A stretch of DNA of 61,110 nucleotides, counting the filler, from Bipalium vagum (Eukaryota), in the NCBI GenBank assembly GCA_037834085.1. It is 3 parts of 3 records of this genome, joined end to end, with 100 filler letters (N's around TTAATTAATTAA, not from the genome) between each part and the next. Parts side by side here need not be neighbours in the genome. Positions count along the whole stretch, not along the records: positions 19,637 to 40,003 come from JBBMKC010254581.1; positions 40,104 to 61,110 come from JBBMKC010243050.1; 1 more part is not named here. One strand, given 5' to 3'. Every line of letters begins with the position of its first letter. Position 1 is the first letter of the stretch. This document shows, in pieces, positions 28,662 to 40,555 of this stretch. The notes beneath the pieces are model-generated. The model worked only from the letters and a program-made list of their open reading frames with translations, was not told the origin of the DNA and ran no database searches. The position numbers were made by a program, and so were the translations under genes.

Positions 28662-29589
28662 TATTTAAAATTGTTAATTTGGAAATAAACAAGAAATATT
28701 TATTTAATGATATAAAGTATTTCATTAATTGAATGTAACAAACAATTCAATAAATTTATTAAAAAATTAAAATTTCGTTTTTGAGATTTTTTTTCTTAAA
28801 TTTTAAATGATTGAAATTTAGATGTAAGTCATATTTTTTTTAAAACTTTGCTTTTAAATATTGACTAGCAATTTAATTCACCCCTTGATTATTTATTATT
28901 GACGTCAAAGTCTCCTTTGAAGCAGGTTAATGAAGAAGCATGCAAGCAAAAAAAGGTTTATTGAAGGAAACCGAACTTAAAAAGATACTGTTCTGTGACA
29001 TCAGAACATTCATAAACAGAGCCGGATAGTCAAAGATCCCGTCAAACTACCAAACACTCAAAACATTAGGATTTTTAAAAGTAGAAAATAAAATAAACGT
29101 TATTATTGAAGTAGCATCTAATATACTTTTAAGTTAAAGTATAAAACAGGTGCCTGATTTTTTTAGGGTCACCTGTTGTTTATTTAAATTAAATTTTAAA
29201 ATATTTTATAAATTTCATTTTGAATTATTAATTAAAATTGATTTTTATAATATTTTTATATATTCAGGACCAAATATGATTGTTTTTGAAAAAAATTATT
29301 TTGAGAATGAAATACGGTCCTCTTTAGGACCAAATATCATTATGGTTTCTGAAAACCATTTATTTAATTAATTTTAATGCTAATTTCAGACTACAAATCA
29401 GGATTATAACATTTTTAGATTTATAGATTAAGAATGCAAAGCTTTTCTTTCAAATTTACAAATAGTGTTAATTAATGTCCATGTTATTTCTGGATCCATG
29501 AACCTTAAGATAAAATTATATTGGATTTTATATTAATGAGAATAACTCACATAGTTGTGTTCCATCTTAATTCGGTTTATATAAAACAT

Positions 29590-30450
29590 ATCAGGCTTTA
29601 TTGTTATAGTCATTAAAAAGGCTTCCCAGATTTCATTTTTGTGAATTCGTCTTCAGATGAATTCATTTAAATGCTCTTCGATATTCTTTTTACTCCTATT
29701 TCAAGGATTAATCTATTGTTTAAGACCATTCCAGGATCCTTCAATTTGATTTGTATGAACCCCAGTTAACTCATTCTTGAATGTTTTAGAATGATTAACT
29801 GTTAAGTGTTGATAACCGTGGTTGTCAAGCTGACTGTAACCTCTCCACATGTCCGTATGAATAATCGACCAAGGTTTCACATGCTTTTTAAATTATTTTT
29901 GAAAGTGTTTCAGCACTGCATTCGTTTATTTCCACTAGAAAATTTTTTTCTCTTCTGTGAGTTCCACACCTCCAACTATCCAAGCACCACTTACATGGTG
30001 CCCACGGTTGTACTTTCTTTTAGCTAACTTTGTTTTGTCAATCTTTACTATGACGTCTTTTCCATCTATAATATCATCTTTCCTTCCAAGTTTTGCATAA
30101 TTATATTTCTGAATTTTTAGATATAACTGCAAACTGTGTTTGGACTGCAACCGGCTTGTGTTTTAATTGAGGTTGTAGAGGCTTTTGAAAGCCAAATGTA
30201 TGCCACTATATGCATTTTGGAACACTTAGTGCTGTGACCGCAGAAAATTGAATTCCTTCTAATTGAGATAGAGGTCTTGTAGCATTTACAATTTGCACAT
30301 CTCCACAAATATTTTTTCATTTTTAGTTTAAAAGGTTTGGCACAAAATTGACATATTTTCTTGTAATTATTTAAGATATTTCGTTGCAGCAAAAAATTGA
30401 CACATTGGGTTTCATCAAAAAATACTTAGTTTAATTCTTATATTAATGGA
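29590..30450 (-). mobile_element. Merlin (IS1595/ISXO2-like) transposase remnant
   Basis: C2..WRC..C Zn ribbon; SIRRNSIF; VKIDKTKLAKRKYNRGHHVSGAWIVGGVE; TVNHS..GVHTNQIEGSW. Confidence 0.9.
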
Positions 30451-31163
30451 AACACCTGAATTATTTTATTTAACATTCTATTTCATATAATAATACTCAA
30501 ACTACCTTATTATTTAGGTATTTTAGAATAAAATTTAAAAATTTTAGATTTCAAAAATATTACTTAATTGATTTAACTAATTAATTTAAACAATTATTTT
30601 TCAGGAACCTAAGCTATAATAAATCCCCCATAAGAATTTAATTAAGTCGCACAAAAACATTACAAAAAATATATCTGAAAATAAGACGTATATTCTATCA
30701 GTAACTCTTCATACCAACATTTCCCGTACTTTTAAAATTGCGGTTAACCAACAGAAACAGACTACCAGCAACCCTTTCAGGAAATATTATTTTAAAAGGT
30801 TTAGTAAACACAACTGGAAAAGAAGGAAAGAATCACCAAATATCTACCAAGCAATCTAGGAGGTCATTGTTTATTCAGCTAAACCAAATTTTATAATTAT
30901 ACACACAAAGTAATTTATATTTTTTTATTCTAAAGTCATCTAACTAAATACGGAACTTGTTTTGTATAAAACAAAGTTTCAAATTTGATTTGATAATAAA
31001 TTGTATAACTGTTAAGTTCCTAATAAAATCAAAGGTGTGGAGCTAAATCAATAATAAACTTAAATTTCAAAATTATATTTGATGTAGGCTCAGGTATGAT
31101 TATCGGCTCTTGATTCAAAACTGATGTTATAGTCTGCTATAGGTTGGAATGACTGAATTTTTT

Positions 31164-31888
31164 TGTGGTGACTTGACTTGTCACGATTTGTAGGTTCAGG
31201 TTTTCTGTCTTGCTTGAACTGTACTTGTCCGATCTATAATATTTTTTTGTTTCTGTCTCTCTTGTAATTTTTTTTTCTTTTATACTATTCTTTTTACTCT
31301 TTTTTCTATAATCAGTACCTTTCTTTTCCCTAATATAATTCCGCTATCCTTCTTTTTTCTATTTTTACCATTTTCTTATTTTCTAATATAAAAATTCTTA
31401 CCTATTTTCTATTATTAGTAACTTGATGTTACATTATTTTAAATTTTCTTAAAAATAAAAATAAATAAATAAATACAATCACTAATAATGTTAATAATAA
31501 TCCATACATGTTATCCCACAAGATATTATTATATTATACATTATCTTATTTATTATGATATTTCATTTTTTTATTTATTATTTATTATTGCTTAATTATC
31601 GTTTTTTGTTATTTATTATTTTATACAAATCAGTCAAAAGCGATTTTACAATAAATATATTTTCAACTTGGGATTATATTTTTCACAACACCAAATAATG
31701 ATCAATAAAATTGAAAAGACAATGTCATAAATAATGTCAAAGATCATATGTATAACACCAAAAGAAATAATGATCACATAATGTTAAAGATAAGTTTTTG
31801 GATTGATCCGGGTTGATTGTTTGGATTGGGACTGGTTGCTTTTGATTTGGTTGGTTTGAACCCGATGGACTTGGTTGCAGTCTCCACA
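31164..31888 (-). mobile_element. Full LTR (~725 bp), putative 3' LTR
   Basis: TGTGGAGACT...AGTCACCACA (9/10 inverted termini, TG..CA); short purine run AGAGAAA immediately upstream; first 77 bp repeated at 34155-34231. Confidence 0.75.
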
Positions 31889-32483
31889 TTTCTCTGGTGG
31901 ATTCAAAACTTTTGTCCCCAAAAGAAGGTTGAGGTATGTGTAAGATGACATGTTCACCTTTAGGACCACGGGCGATAACTGCCACTACTATGAATGGTTT
32001 CCCCTGTGGGGATAATATTGGTTTTTGGGTAGTATGGTTATGGGTTATTTGTACCTCCTGTTTAATTTTCTTGCCTTTAAATTTTGTCAAAGGCGCATCT
32101 ATATCCAGTGGATTAGTTATTGGTAGAGCGCGAAAGGCTTGTGTATTGTTTATTTCTTGAATGCTTGTCTCTTCGATATGTGATGGAAAAAATAATTCTT
32201 TAGCCCGTCGAACCAAACTCGGAACACGCATGCGCTTCCGGTTTCTCTTCGATTTGGGCGATGCTAAAGGACTTGGTATTTTATCTGGGAATGGAAGGGA
32301 GTCACGGGGAATTTTTGCTGCTTGCCTTAGGGGTGGAGGCGGTGCTGGTAAATCAAAAGGACCATTATCAATGTCATCTATTGTTAATATGCAATCTTGG
32401 TATTCTGATGCATCAAAAGAGACATTAGACGTCATCGATACGAGATCAGGGTCGGTAGCTGGGGTAATGTCTATTGGTTTCAT
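31737..32483 (-). CDS. Proline-rich accessory ORF (248 aa) of the LTR element, extending about 50 codons into the LTR
   Basis: Longest ORF in the window; GC above background; LPAPPPPLR and basic SPKSKRNRKRMR segments; no recognised family. Confidence 0.55.
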   Translation of the reverse strand: MKPIDITPATDPDLVSMTSNVSFDASEYQDCILTIDDIDNGPFDLPAPPPPLRQAAKIPRDSLPFPDKIPSPLASPKSKRNRKRMRVPSLVRRAKELFFPSHIEETSIQEINNTQAFRALPITNPLDIDAPLTKFKGKKIKQEVQITHNHTTQKPILSPQGKPFIVVAVIARGPKGEHVILHIPQPSFGDKSFESTREMWRLQPSPSGSNQPNQKQPVPIQTINPDQSKNLSLTLCDHYFFWCYTYDL

Positions 32484-33955
32484 AAAATGTGGGCATTGCT
32501 TTTATGTTTTTTGACAATATTAGTGTCAGCTAGTGGGCTTTCAGTTGCAATGATGTCATCGAATATCTTTTTTCCTCTACCGTTACCAAAAGGACAGTAT
32601 GGTGGAGGTGGAGGCGGTGGGTTTTCAATTCTTTCGTTTATCTGGTTGTCTGCTGCTATTTCTTTGGTGGTTTTTAGTTCTCTTAGGGTGTTCAGCTCGA
32701 TCTTAAACCAAATTTCCCTGACGTATTGCGTATTTCTGTAGCATTGCAAGTCTCTCCAGGCGGGACCTCTTTTAGTTGTAGATGATAGTTACGAGATTTG
32801 TAATTTGGTGGCTGTATCCTGCAGCTTTTAAATGCCCTTAGGTGATATTTTCATTAAATTTCTTAGATATGGAAGCATCTGGATATCTATATAACCGGCT
32901 AGAGTTTGGGTAGGTACTCTATCTAATGTTAGCAAATATTCTACCTGATTTGCTATTAGCACTTTTTCGTTTAGGGCTTCTTTTAGGTACTCGTATGCTA
33001 GGGGTTCATCCAAACTACCGTTAAAGACCTGGTCGGCAATACCAGTTTGTTGGTAATTCATTTTAAAATAATTTCGTGGGGCTATTATATGTCTCAGCAA
33101 GTCTTGACCTTTATAGCCCATAACATGCATGGCAAAAACTATATGTTTGGACTGATCAGTTCCGAGTTTAAAGGTGGTGATATCGGCAAAGACTGCATGT
33201 GACTGTATGTATCTGAGGGACATGTTTGTAAGGTAATATGGCTCCCTTGCCCTTAGAGCTTTAAATATGTCATCTTCATCATGCTGCAATTTGATTTAGG
33301 GGATATAGTTTGGCCTTGTATGTCTTCTATAACCAGCACGGTATTCTGTATCAGTGTTTCGAAACACAGGGACCGTGCTCGTCCAAGTAAATTATTAAAT
33401 TTTATTTCTGTTGTAGTATTTGTCAACAGTGACGGGTTCGGCTATGCCTCCTACTTTTAGTATGATGGGGTTATTACACACATGAATGTGTATGGTTTCC
33501 CTTTCATATAGTTGTTTGAAATGTGGAATAACATCAGCCAGATAAAAGTATCTTGGGTGTAGTACTTTGTGTATATACATAATTCAGCAACCGGTTGAGT
33601 AAAATTTACAAGCATTGGGGATGTGAGTGTGTTCTAAACTAATACTATTTACTTCTATCAGACCGGTTTGATGTTCTAGGTAAGCACATTCTTGATAAGG
33701 TGCTTTATTGAATTCTTCTATTTGTGTAATGTCATCGAGTTTTGCCTCAGGAAAGTATTTGCTTAGTGTTATATTAAGGGTTTTTTGTGAGGATGTGTAT
33801 GATGTAATAATTTGGGAATTCGAAGTAATTGCATTATTAGTTTTGAATTTTACAGGAGTTGAATTGTTACTTTGGGATTTTGGAGGAATTGAAGAGAAAT
33901 TACACTGTCGGGACACGGTAAATCCGAATTGTGGGGCTTGAGGCTTTTTTGACAT
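32480..33955 (-). pseudogene. Disrupted accessory ORF containing a REX4/ISG20-like DEDDh exonuclease fold (~33200-32720)
   Basis: Four ORF-track segments (33991, 33580, 33289, 32749) share one frame, separated by stops. VFADITTFKLGTDQS..KGQDLLRHIIAP..TGIADQVF..LKEALNEKVLIAN..YIDI follows REX4-family spacing. Confidence 0.62.
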
Positions 33956-34154
33956 TATTGGTTCTGAAATTAAATAAAAACTGAACACCATTCTAAGATT
34001 TAATATGAATAGATGTGTGTTACAGTATAAAAAGAAACATAATAATGAATTATCATTATTTGCTCCGCGCTTTAATTGTCATAACTCTGTCATTTCATAC
34101 ATGACAGGTTTTAATCTTTCAACATTAGTACATAATCTTTTCTTGGCTATAAAT

Positions 34155-34231
34155 GTTGATTGTTTGGATTGGGACTGGTTGCTTTTGATTTGGTTGGTTT
34201 GAACCCGATGGACTTGGTTTTAGTCTCCACA
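34155..34231 (-). repeat. Truncated 5' LTR (77 bp)
   Basis: 75/77 identical to 31812-31888. Confidence 0.9.
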
Positions 34232-34930
34232 AATTCTTTTATCAATATAGCCCCATATATGTTCTACCGGATTTAAGTCGGGAGATTGTGGTGGCCAATC
34301 CTGAATAACAGGTATCGAATTTTCTTCCAGCCACATTTACACCGATTTCGCTTTATGACATGTCGCATTATCTTGTTGAAATAAATATTCATCGTCTGGA
34401 TACAGTCTAGAAATAGATTGAAATAAACAGTTCTTCAAAATCTCTTAGTAACATGTGGCATTTATCTTTTTGTCTTTGATATTTAACAGCAATCCAACAC
34501 CTTTATGGTTGAATCAGTCCCAAATCATAATCACATCATTAAATTTCGACGTTTTTGCAAGAGATTCCGATAAGAAGGCTTCATTTGATCTTCTGATACA
34601 TACATGTCTTTCTGGTCGATCTCACAATAAACAATATCTAGATTCTTCAGACCAAATCACTGATCTCAAATACTCAAATGTTTCATTTTCATACTCTTTA
34701 GCCCTTGCCAATCTTTTGTGAATTATAGCAAGATACAACATCGGTTTGCGGCGGCATCAATGGAACCTGAGCCCGAAAGTCTGCAAGAAATTGTCGTACA
34801 CCTGTAATCTTTTTAAACTCTGAGAATAGAAAATGTCTCGATATTTTTCGATGTTTCAAAGCCAAGATTCTTAAACATCTGTCACCCCTTGGTGTCGTTT
34901 TCGATGGCCTACCACTATCCTTTGTTTTAC
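34232..34930 (-). mobile_element. Tc1-like transposase remnant cut by the LTR element
   Basis: SGRPSKTTPRGDR; VIWSEESR; FQQDNATCH; DWPPQSPDLNPVEHIWGYIDKRI, ending exactly at the LTR TG. Confidence 0.88.
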
Positions 34931-34959
34931 TTACAGTCCAAATTGTACATTCTTTTAAA

Positions 34960-35890
34960 ATAATTTTCAGAGGAGCAATATGTAAAACAGATAACTGATA
35001 TTTTTCCAACATCATTCTACTTATCTACGATATAAAAAATCTCAGAGAGACAACAACCGAAGTTATAAAAAAGCGAAATCTGTCAGAAGCATAAAGTAGT
35101 CACAACAAAAACGAAAGAAGATACAATGAAATTATCAGCAGATGAGCCATTTGAAAAGATATTTAGATATATGCTATCCGTTAAAAGAGAGTTTTCGAAA
35201 GAAACGATATATACTAGCTATTATAGATCAGTATAGCTGGTACATGTCATTAACGGTGATAATGAAACAGAATGAGGAAACAATTCGAAGAGTAATAATG
35301 GGAAAATGGATCTATAAATATGGTGCACCAAAGGAAATCTATGCAGATTGTGGAAAGGTCTTTGAATCTAGAGTTTTTAAGACACTAGTCACACAGAGTA
35401 ATACAAAACTGTTTTTCCAGTCCGTATCATCATAATACCAACTGGATAATAGAACGGCAATTCCGAACAATACGTGACTTCATGAATATTACTATGGTTG
35501 AGAGAAGAAACTATGATTTTGAAATTTTTTTTACCAGAAATTGACCTTACCTTAAACGCTACATTTCAGAAAACGTTAGGAAGCAGCCCGACTGAACTAA
35601 TATTTGAAAGAAAAATTTACAGAGAGTCTTGGATCAGTAATAAAATATCAGAGGAAGTAGAAAAAGAAAACGTCCGAGAAAGTCCAAGTAAAGCAACAAG
35701 AAGAAAGTTCGAACTATGGTAGCAGAACTTGTAAAAGCCGAAGGCAGAACTAAGGACAAAGAAAGAATCGAAGATCCATACACGGTGAAATGAAAAATTC
35801 ACGAAGGGAGATATGCATTAAAAGATAGAGGAGGAAAAACAGTTGAAAGAAATGTTGAAAAAATTAAAAAATTCTTGAGAAGGGAGGATA
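34960..35890 (+). mobile_element. Ty3/gypsy integrase remnant with polypurine tract
   Basis: YLDICYPL; YILAIIDQYS; WIYKYGAPKEIYADCGKVFES; SPYHHNTNWIIER; PPT GAGAAGGGAGGA at ~35877-35888. Confidence 0.88.
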
Positions 35891-37139
35891 TGAGTATTTA
35901 AACTGATTTCTAATTTTAAAATTTTTATATTGTGCCTAATTTTAATATTGTTTAAAAATAATTTTTATTGATTAGAATTCTGATATTTAATGGTACAATA
36001 TATTAGGAAGGGAAAATTAGTTAAAATATTATTGTTTTAAAAAGACTTAAAAATATATTGATTAAACTATGACTGATTTTGTTAATATCGCTGCTAACAA
36101 TCACAATAAGTCCATCTTGAAGAGTTAAATATATAAAAATGTTAATTGTACTCATTATGAATGAATAAGTAATACATATTTATGTTAAAGTTTTTTCAAT
36201 AAACATTCTTGTCAGTAAACATATTTTTAGTCTATTGTTTAATATAAAAAATAAATCTTACTACCATATTAAGATCATTTTGGAAAGCAAAGACGAATTT
36301 TATATACATCTAAAACCTTGGATAACACTGATTTGTATAACACGTCATTTTTCCAGAACCATCTGACCATGTCACACAAGGCCCCAGTGTAATATGTAGT
36401 TGTTGAAGGTTTGTGGTTCAATTCTTAAGTAATTTTAATGTTATTTTATATATTACGTCCTCTACTTATTTAGAATTAGCAAATATTTTTTAATTAAATG
36501 TTATAAATATTTCTAAGCAATATTTTATTTAAGGTCTAAAATAAATTTATTAAAATATTACTCATATGGATAAATCTTTAAGCAATTATTTCTTTATCAA
36601 AGTATTATTTATTAATATCAAATTAAAAAAAGTAATTAAAAATTTTATTTAAATTTACACAGATAGTCTGACTATAACCTTTCTTTTTGCTTAAGCTTTT
36701 AAGAATAATGTTTATGGAAATCAGTTATGGATATATCTGAAATATTTCAGACTACATTCTAAGAAAAGTTTGAATAAATCTGATGACAAATAATTTACAT
36801 TATTTAGAAAATTAATCAAATGCTTTTCATTAAATGCCTTCTCAAGAAAAATTTCAATAAACACAATAAGTACAACTTTTCTTTTCGTTTATAACTGAAA
36901 GTGAATCTTTCTTAAAAATATCTGAAAAAAAGTGTAAATTAACAACTAAAATTTTAAATTATATATTTAAAATATAATAAATATTTGGTGAGGAATAATT
37001 CATGAGGGTCTTTTAAATTAAAAATATTGTCATAAATTAAAAACTTTCACAAAATATGTTATGTTAATATGTTTATTGATTTTTGTTTTAACAGATAGTA
37101 TATTTGAATTTAATATTTTCTATCATTCTCAGATCATAA

Positions 37140-37990
37140 AATGCAATGTCAGGTTGATGAAATTGAGCATTGCCGACATCTATTCACATTTAATCGAGGT
37201 GTTAGCGCCCCTGAAGCTGCTCGTGAAATCTGTTCTGTTTATGGCAAAGAAGCAGTGCCTGAAAGAACCACCCGGAGTTGGTTTTTGCGCATTAAAATGG
37301 GAAATTTGATCTGAAAGACGGGTCACAATCGTGTTTGATGTGACCAAAAATTCAATTTAATTGAGCAACCTTGATTCAATGGGCAAGGTTTTAGCAAAAA
37401 GATTAGAAATCAGCGCATCAAAATTGCCGCCAGTTTTCTTGCTAGACATTGCTCAACAAACAGTCACAAGGGGCATTTTCTTTACCGCATCGTTACTGGA
37501 GAGAAAAATGGTGCCAAACATCAATATGAAGCGGCGTGAAGAATGGGTCAGCCCCGACAAAAATGCAACTCCTTGAGCTAAACAAGATCTTCAACCTCGG
37601 ACGATTATGTGTACACGGTGAGACTGGGAAGGCATTATCCATCATGAATTGCTTGGGAAAAACTAAACAATTAACGCGGATCCCTACGTTCAACAACTAC
37701 ACCAACTTACCAAAGCATTTCAGTAAAAAATACCAAATCAACAAAACAGTGTTCTTCTGCAGCACGATAACGCTCGTCCTCACATCGTCCTCACCAAAGC
37801 AGCGATTCAAGAACTCCTATGGGAAGTGTTACCTCGTTCCCCATATTTGCAAGAATTCAAACAATAACCCAGATAAAAAAAAGAGAAAAATCCAACAAAA
37901 GTAGCAAACCAGTGAATTTTTCCAACGGCTTATAGATGTACAGTATTTTTTTAAGATGATAAATAAATCGAATACATTGGTGGAATACGA
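37140..37990 (+). mobile_element. Decayed mariner element
   Basis: HCRHLF..EAAREICSVYG; RIVTGEK; LLQHDNARPH; WEVLPRSPY. Confidence 0.88.
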
Positions 37991-38249
37991 TTGTATGAAA
38001 TCGAAATAGAAAGAATTTATTCACTGCTGGAATTGGAAGAATAACCAAAAGCGTAATAAGCCAATTTAATAAACAAGGATGTTGGGTGTCATGTTTTTTT
38101 AGGAAATTGAGGTTAGAAGTACAAATGTGAAGTGTATTGTTAAAACGCAACGTTCTAGTATTTTTGCGAATACCACAGTCGAACATCTTTCTTGGAAGCA
38201 ATATTAATATCAGTTCCTGTGAATGTACATTCATTTAACCTCGGACTAG

Positions 38250-39170
38250 TCCTTGTGACTGGGAAGTTACAGAATGCAACAGGACTGGCAATCTATGCAA
38301 AAGTAGGTTTAAGAACGCGACAAGCCATAACTGAAGGAAAAAACATAGGAAGGGATAACCCATACACCAGAAGAAAAAAATACAGAAAAGGTGAAAAAAT
38401 AGCTTGGGTGGTATCTACTCAGAAAATATGGTTCAATTACAAAAATGCAATGGAGTATTTGATGCACACAATGGAAAAATGCTATTCTGTAATTCCATTC
38501 TGTAATCTCAAATACACACGTGACATTGAAGAGTCATTGTTAATGTACCAATGACATTACTGGAGGGTGAAAAATAGAAACAGAGCATGGATCGCTCTAG
38601 ACGAGTGGGGAAAATTGTCGAGAGTATCAGAAAAGGTGGACAGGGAAAAGACACCAGTTGTGTTAGTAAGTAGAACCAAAGACTAAAGAATTCAATGAGC
38701 GGATTGAAACAATTACATACTCGAATGAAGATTGTTTAGCTACAATTATCAAACGAACCATATGCGGATGATATTAGCGTGGTAACATTGAGTTCCATTA
38801 AGAAGAATAAACCAAAACTTACCGGAACAGTAAAAAAAGTGGTCGGAAAATATGACAGTGTTTGAAAAAGATGATTATGATCTAGGATGCACTCATACTG
38901 AAATACAAAATCATTTTTTATATATCCAGCTCCAATTAAAAATTAATAGACATATAGACACACATGCTCTCGAGGAGGAAACTAATCAGTAGATCAACGA
39001 AATATTAACGATGGGAACTACGGAACATTAAATGGTCTATTAAAAGGAGATAAAGGGTCAGACAAAGAGTGAAATTAGTTAGGAAATTAGGATAAACACT
39101 GGATCATCATTTATAGCCCATACCAATTGTTGTAAGAAAAGGATGGATCATGTTATGAGAAATATCAGTT
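38250..39170 (+). mobile_element. Ty3/gypsy gag-pol remnant
   Basis: DDYDLGCTHTE; SSFIAIPIVVRKDGS-like pre-RT remnants; heavily decayed. Confidence 0.5.
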
Positions 39171-39349
39171 ACGATGATAGGGTGAGTCATAATAATTCGT
39201 GTTTTTAAAATATGTTTTCTCTATTATGAAATATTTTAAATATATTAACTTTCAAATATTGAAATAATCATTAATTTGTATTATATATTTAGCTGGTTGT
39301 TTTAATGTTAAAAATGTTTACTTATTTGGAAATTCTATTTAGATAATTG

Positions 39350-39810
39350 CTTTCAAACTGAGCTACTTACCAAACAAAATCGGAATAATTCTGAGACATG
39401 ACTGGAAGCTAATAGAAACAATGAGGAAGATTGAAGTGAGGGGTGCTTTAAATCGATTGATAATGTGGAAGGTGGTAATTGAAGAAGATTCCAGTATTGT
39501 GGAAATGGTTTAAATAGATGAATTTGATAATTTCGTCAATTGTGATGAAAATTTTGAATGTTACAGAGATTGGACACTGAAGAAAAGTGTAGAAGGTTTA
39601 TCAAACAAGAAATCCTGAAAGAGAAGAAGATCGATGATGAGGTTGAAACACCAATAAATCACAAAGATTCATTTAAGCCCTTACAGTAATTTGCACTTTG
39701 TAAATCAAAAGAAAACTGAAACAATAGTTTTAGCCCATTGAAAAATCAATTTATTCCATGAGGTCCAGTAAAAATTATACAGAAAAAAATTACAGACTTT
39801 TTCAAATAGT
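39350..39810 (+). mobile_element. Pogo/Tigger transposase C-terminal remnant
   Basis: FDNFVNCDENFEC; acidic stretch; terminal QKKITDFFK*. Confidence 0.65.
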
Positions 39811-39849
39811 AGTTCAATTTTCATTAAATTATATTTTGAACAACTTTTT

Positions 39850-40003
39850 ATTTTGTTATAGTTATATTTTTTGCAATATAGTTTGCAATTTTTTGGATTC
39901 CACTTTTGTACCAATCCGATGGTCTTGAGTCGAAGAAAAGTTGGAGGTTCTTCTGAAGGTCTTCATTATTTTCAAACCGCCGACCTTTGAGAAAATGTGC
40001 CAT
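39850..40003 (-). mobile_element. Mariner C-terminal fragment
   Basis: MAHFLKGRRFENNEDLQKNLQLFFDSRPSDWYKSGIQKL. Confidence 0.85.
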
Positions 40004-40103
40004 NNNNNNNNNNNNNNNNNNNNNNNNNNNNNNNNNNNNNNNNNNNNTTAATTAATTAANNNNNNNNNNNNNNNNNNNNNNNNNNNNNNNNNNNNNNNNN
40101 NNN
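40004..40103. other. Assembly gap with artificial linker
   Basis: 44 N + TTAATTAATTAA + 44 N. Confidence 0.97.
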
Positions 40104-40178
40104 TTCGAGTTTTAACTTATTCATTTCCATTAATTTTGTATATTCTATAGGGGGTGAACAAACTTTTTACAAGGACTG
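40104..40178 (+). mobile_element. Tc1 terminal segment, near-identical to 20072-20146
   Basis: Direct match; ends AAGGACTG|TA. Confidence 0.9.
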
Positions 40179-40249
40179 TACTATTCTTAAATACTATTCT
40201 GGTCAGACGACTAATCAGTCGTAGACCAACTTAATTAATATCAATTCCA

Positions 40250-40555
40250 AATTTAGATCTTTATTCCTAAATCAGTCTCTCCTTGCAGACCCTGATCTAA
40301 TCTTGGCAATTTAGCGTCACCATTGTCAAGATTAGATCCATTTTGGAAAAATAATGATTACTTTTTTTCTTTATTAACATTCTTTTAATTAAGTTTGTAC
40401 TTTTTAATTAAATTTTTATTATTTTTTATATTGTTATCATTATTACATTTCTGACCATTGTGTGGTCTTAATAATTAATATATAATAATTTTTGGGGTCT
40501 TTAACATATAATTTTTACAAGGGTTAACAGGGATATGTCCTTCGCTAACCCAAAA
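40250..40555 (-). mobile_element. Short LTR (40324-~40555) plus leader, homologous to 58760-59048
   Basis: Shared blocks tctaatcttggcaat..attgtcaagattagatcc, ggtcttaataatt, tttacaagggtt..gctaaccc. Confidence 0.75.

Noticed and set aside
31936-32741. Plus-strand Gly-rich ORFs (also 33708-33941)
   Set aside because: Antisense shadows of the Pro-rich minus-strand frames.
32480-33991. Possible TAA reassignment (all three host genes end in TGA; the cassette frame has several in-frame TAA)
   Set aside because: Host exons contain no in-frame TAA/TAG, transposases end in TAA, and one TAA maps to a conserved Trp. Decay explains it, and three genes is too small a sample.
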